Shown: piece after piece, positions 63,695-64,000 of the stretch
Layout of the letters: every line of letters begins with the position of its first letter
Numbering within the stretch: position 1 is the stretch's first letter
Source of the DNA: an uncultured Chloroflexia bacterium
Lineage (GTDB): Bacteria; Chloroflexota; Limnocylindria; Limnocylindrales; CSP1-4
Reading direction: 5' to 3'
Assembly: GCA_963821235.1 (NCBI GenBank)
Contig: CAWGCS010000001.1
Span: 616,119-680,118 of the forward strand
Length of the DNA: 64,000 nt
Made by a program: the position numbers and the translations under genes
Notes under the pieces: generated by a model
What the model was told of the DNA's origin: nothing
The model's input: the letters and a program-made list of their open reading frames with translations, nothing else
Databases searched by the model: none

Positions 63695-64000
63695 CTACGA
63701 ATCGCCGCGAGGAGGGCGACGCCGAACCGCGCTCTCCCCGGGCCTTCGGAGGACCTCGCCGGTGCGGTGGTCGAGTTGCCAGCCATCGATCATGGTCCCG
63801 TACAACGTCGTGTAGCCGGCCTGGCGCTCGCGAAGGCCCGTCCGGAGGGCGTTGATGAACCCCGACAGCCCGGCGGCGCTCAGGCCGAACACGACGACCA
63901 GGATCCCCAACATGGCGAGGTTCTTGAGAGGATCGGGAAGACCGGCGGCGAACCAGATCAGCGCCAGCATCGGCGCGCAGGCCAGGAGGGATGCGACGCC
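63695..64000 (-). CDS. Small membrane protein, 5' end outside the window
   Basis: Two hydrophobic segments then ERQAGYTTL..WQLD..TGEVLR. Confidence 0.55.
   Translation of the reverse strand, partial: GVASLLACAPMLALIWFAAGLPDPLKNLAMLGILVVVFGLSAAGLSGFINALRTGLRERQAGYTTLYGTMIDGWQLDHRTGEVLRRPGESAVRRRPPRGDS

Larger units (their letters stand above)
52822..64000. mobile_element. Decayed genomic island / variable region at the tmRNA 3' end
   Basis: Abrupt loss of core genes, more A/T, IS remnants and pseudogenes; no integrase or attR in the window. Confidence 0.6.

Noticed and set aside
52822-64000. Prophage or intact ICE
   Set aside because: No integrase, structural, replication or conjugation genes in the window

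Overview
GC-rich bacterial chromosome segment; gene content and order suggest a Chloroflexota/Terrabacteria organism (inference, not tested). Bases 1-52821 are core genome. A long minus-strand block runs mreD-mrdA-rodA ... rplU-rpmA-rpmE-DUF1385-prfA-prmC-HAD-glyA-wecA-like-atpZBEFHAGDC-murA-mreB. A divergent plus-strand block starts at a near-consensus parS site and runs parA-parB-gyrB-(thioesterase, AlkD-like)-gyrA-prs-secA-(Cys-rich small ORF)-prfB (programmed +1 frameshift)-ftsEX-ctpA-smpB, followed by tmRNA (52448-52821, tag ANKQPALALAA). After the tmRNA 3' end the DNA is visibly less GC-rich and resembles a decayed island. It holds a structured RNA-like element, a truncated MmeI-type R-M gene, nested IS5/IS630 remnants, an excisionase-like ORF, an NDT/TIR-like protein, a ParB-like-motif protein, a GIY-YIG-like pseudogene, a secreted metzincin, a VRR-NUC-like nuclease and a possible toxin-tip/immunity pair. 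No integrase, CRISPR array, rRNA or tRNA was seen. Best novelty candidates: (i) a self-contained structured RNA/17-codon ORF unit between ctpA and smpB; (ii) a 74-aa double-CX3CX2C protein abutting prfB; (iii) the island's RNA element and candidate conflict effectors. All calls come from reading sequence and motifs by eye; no database searches were run.
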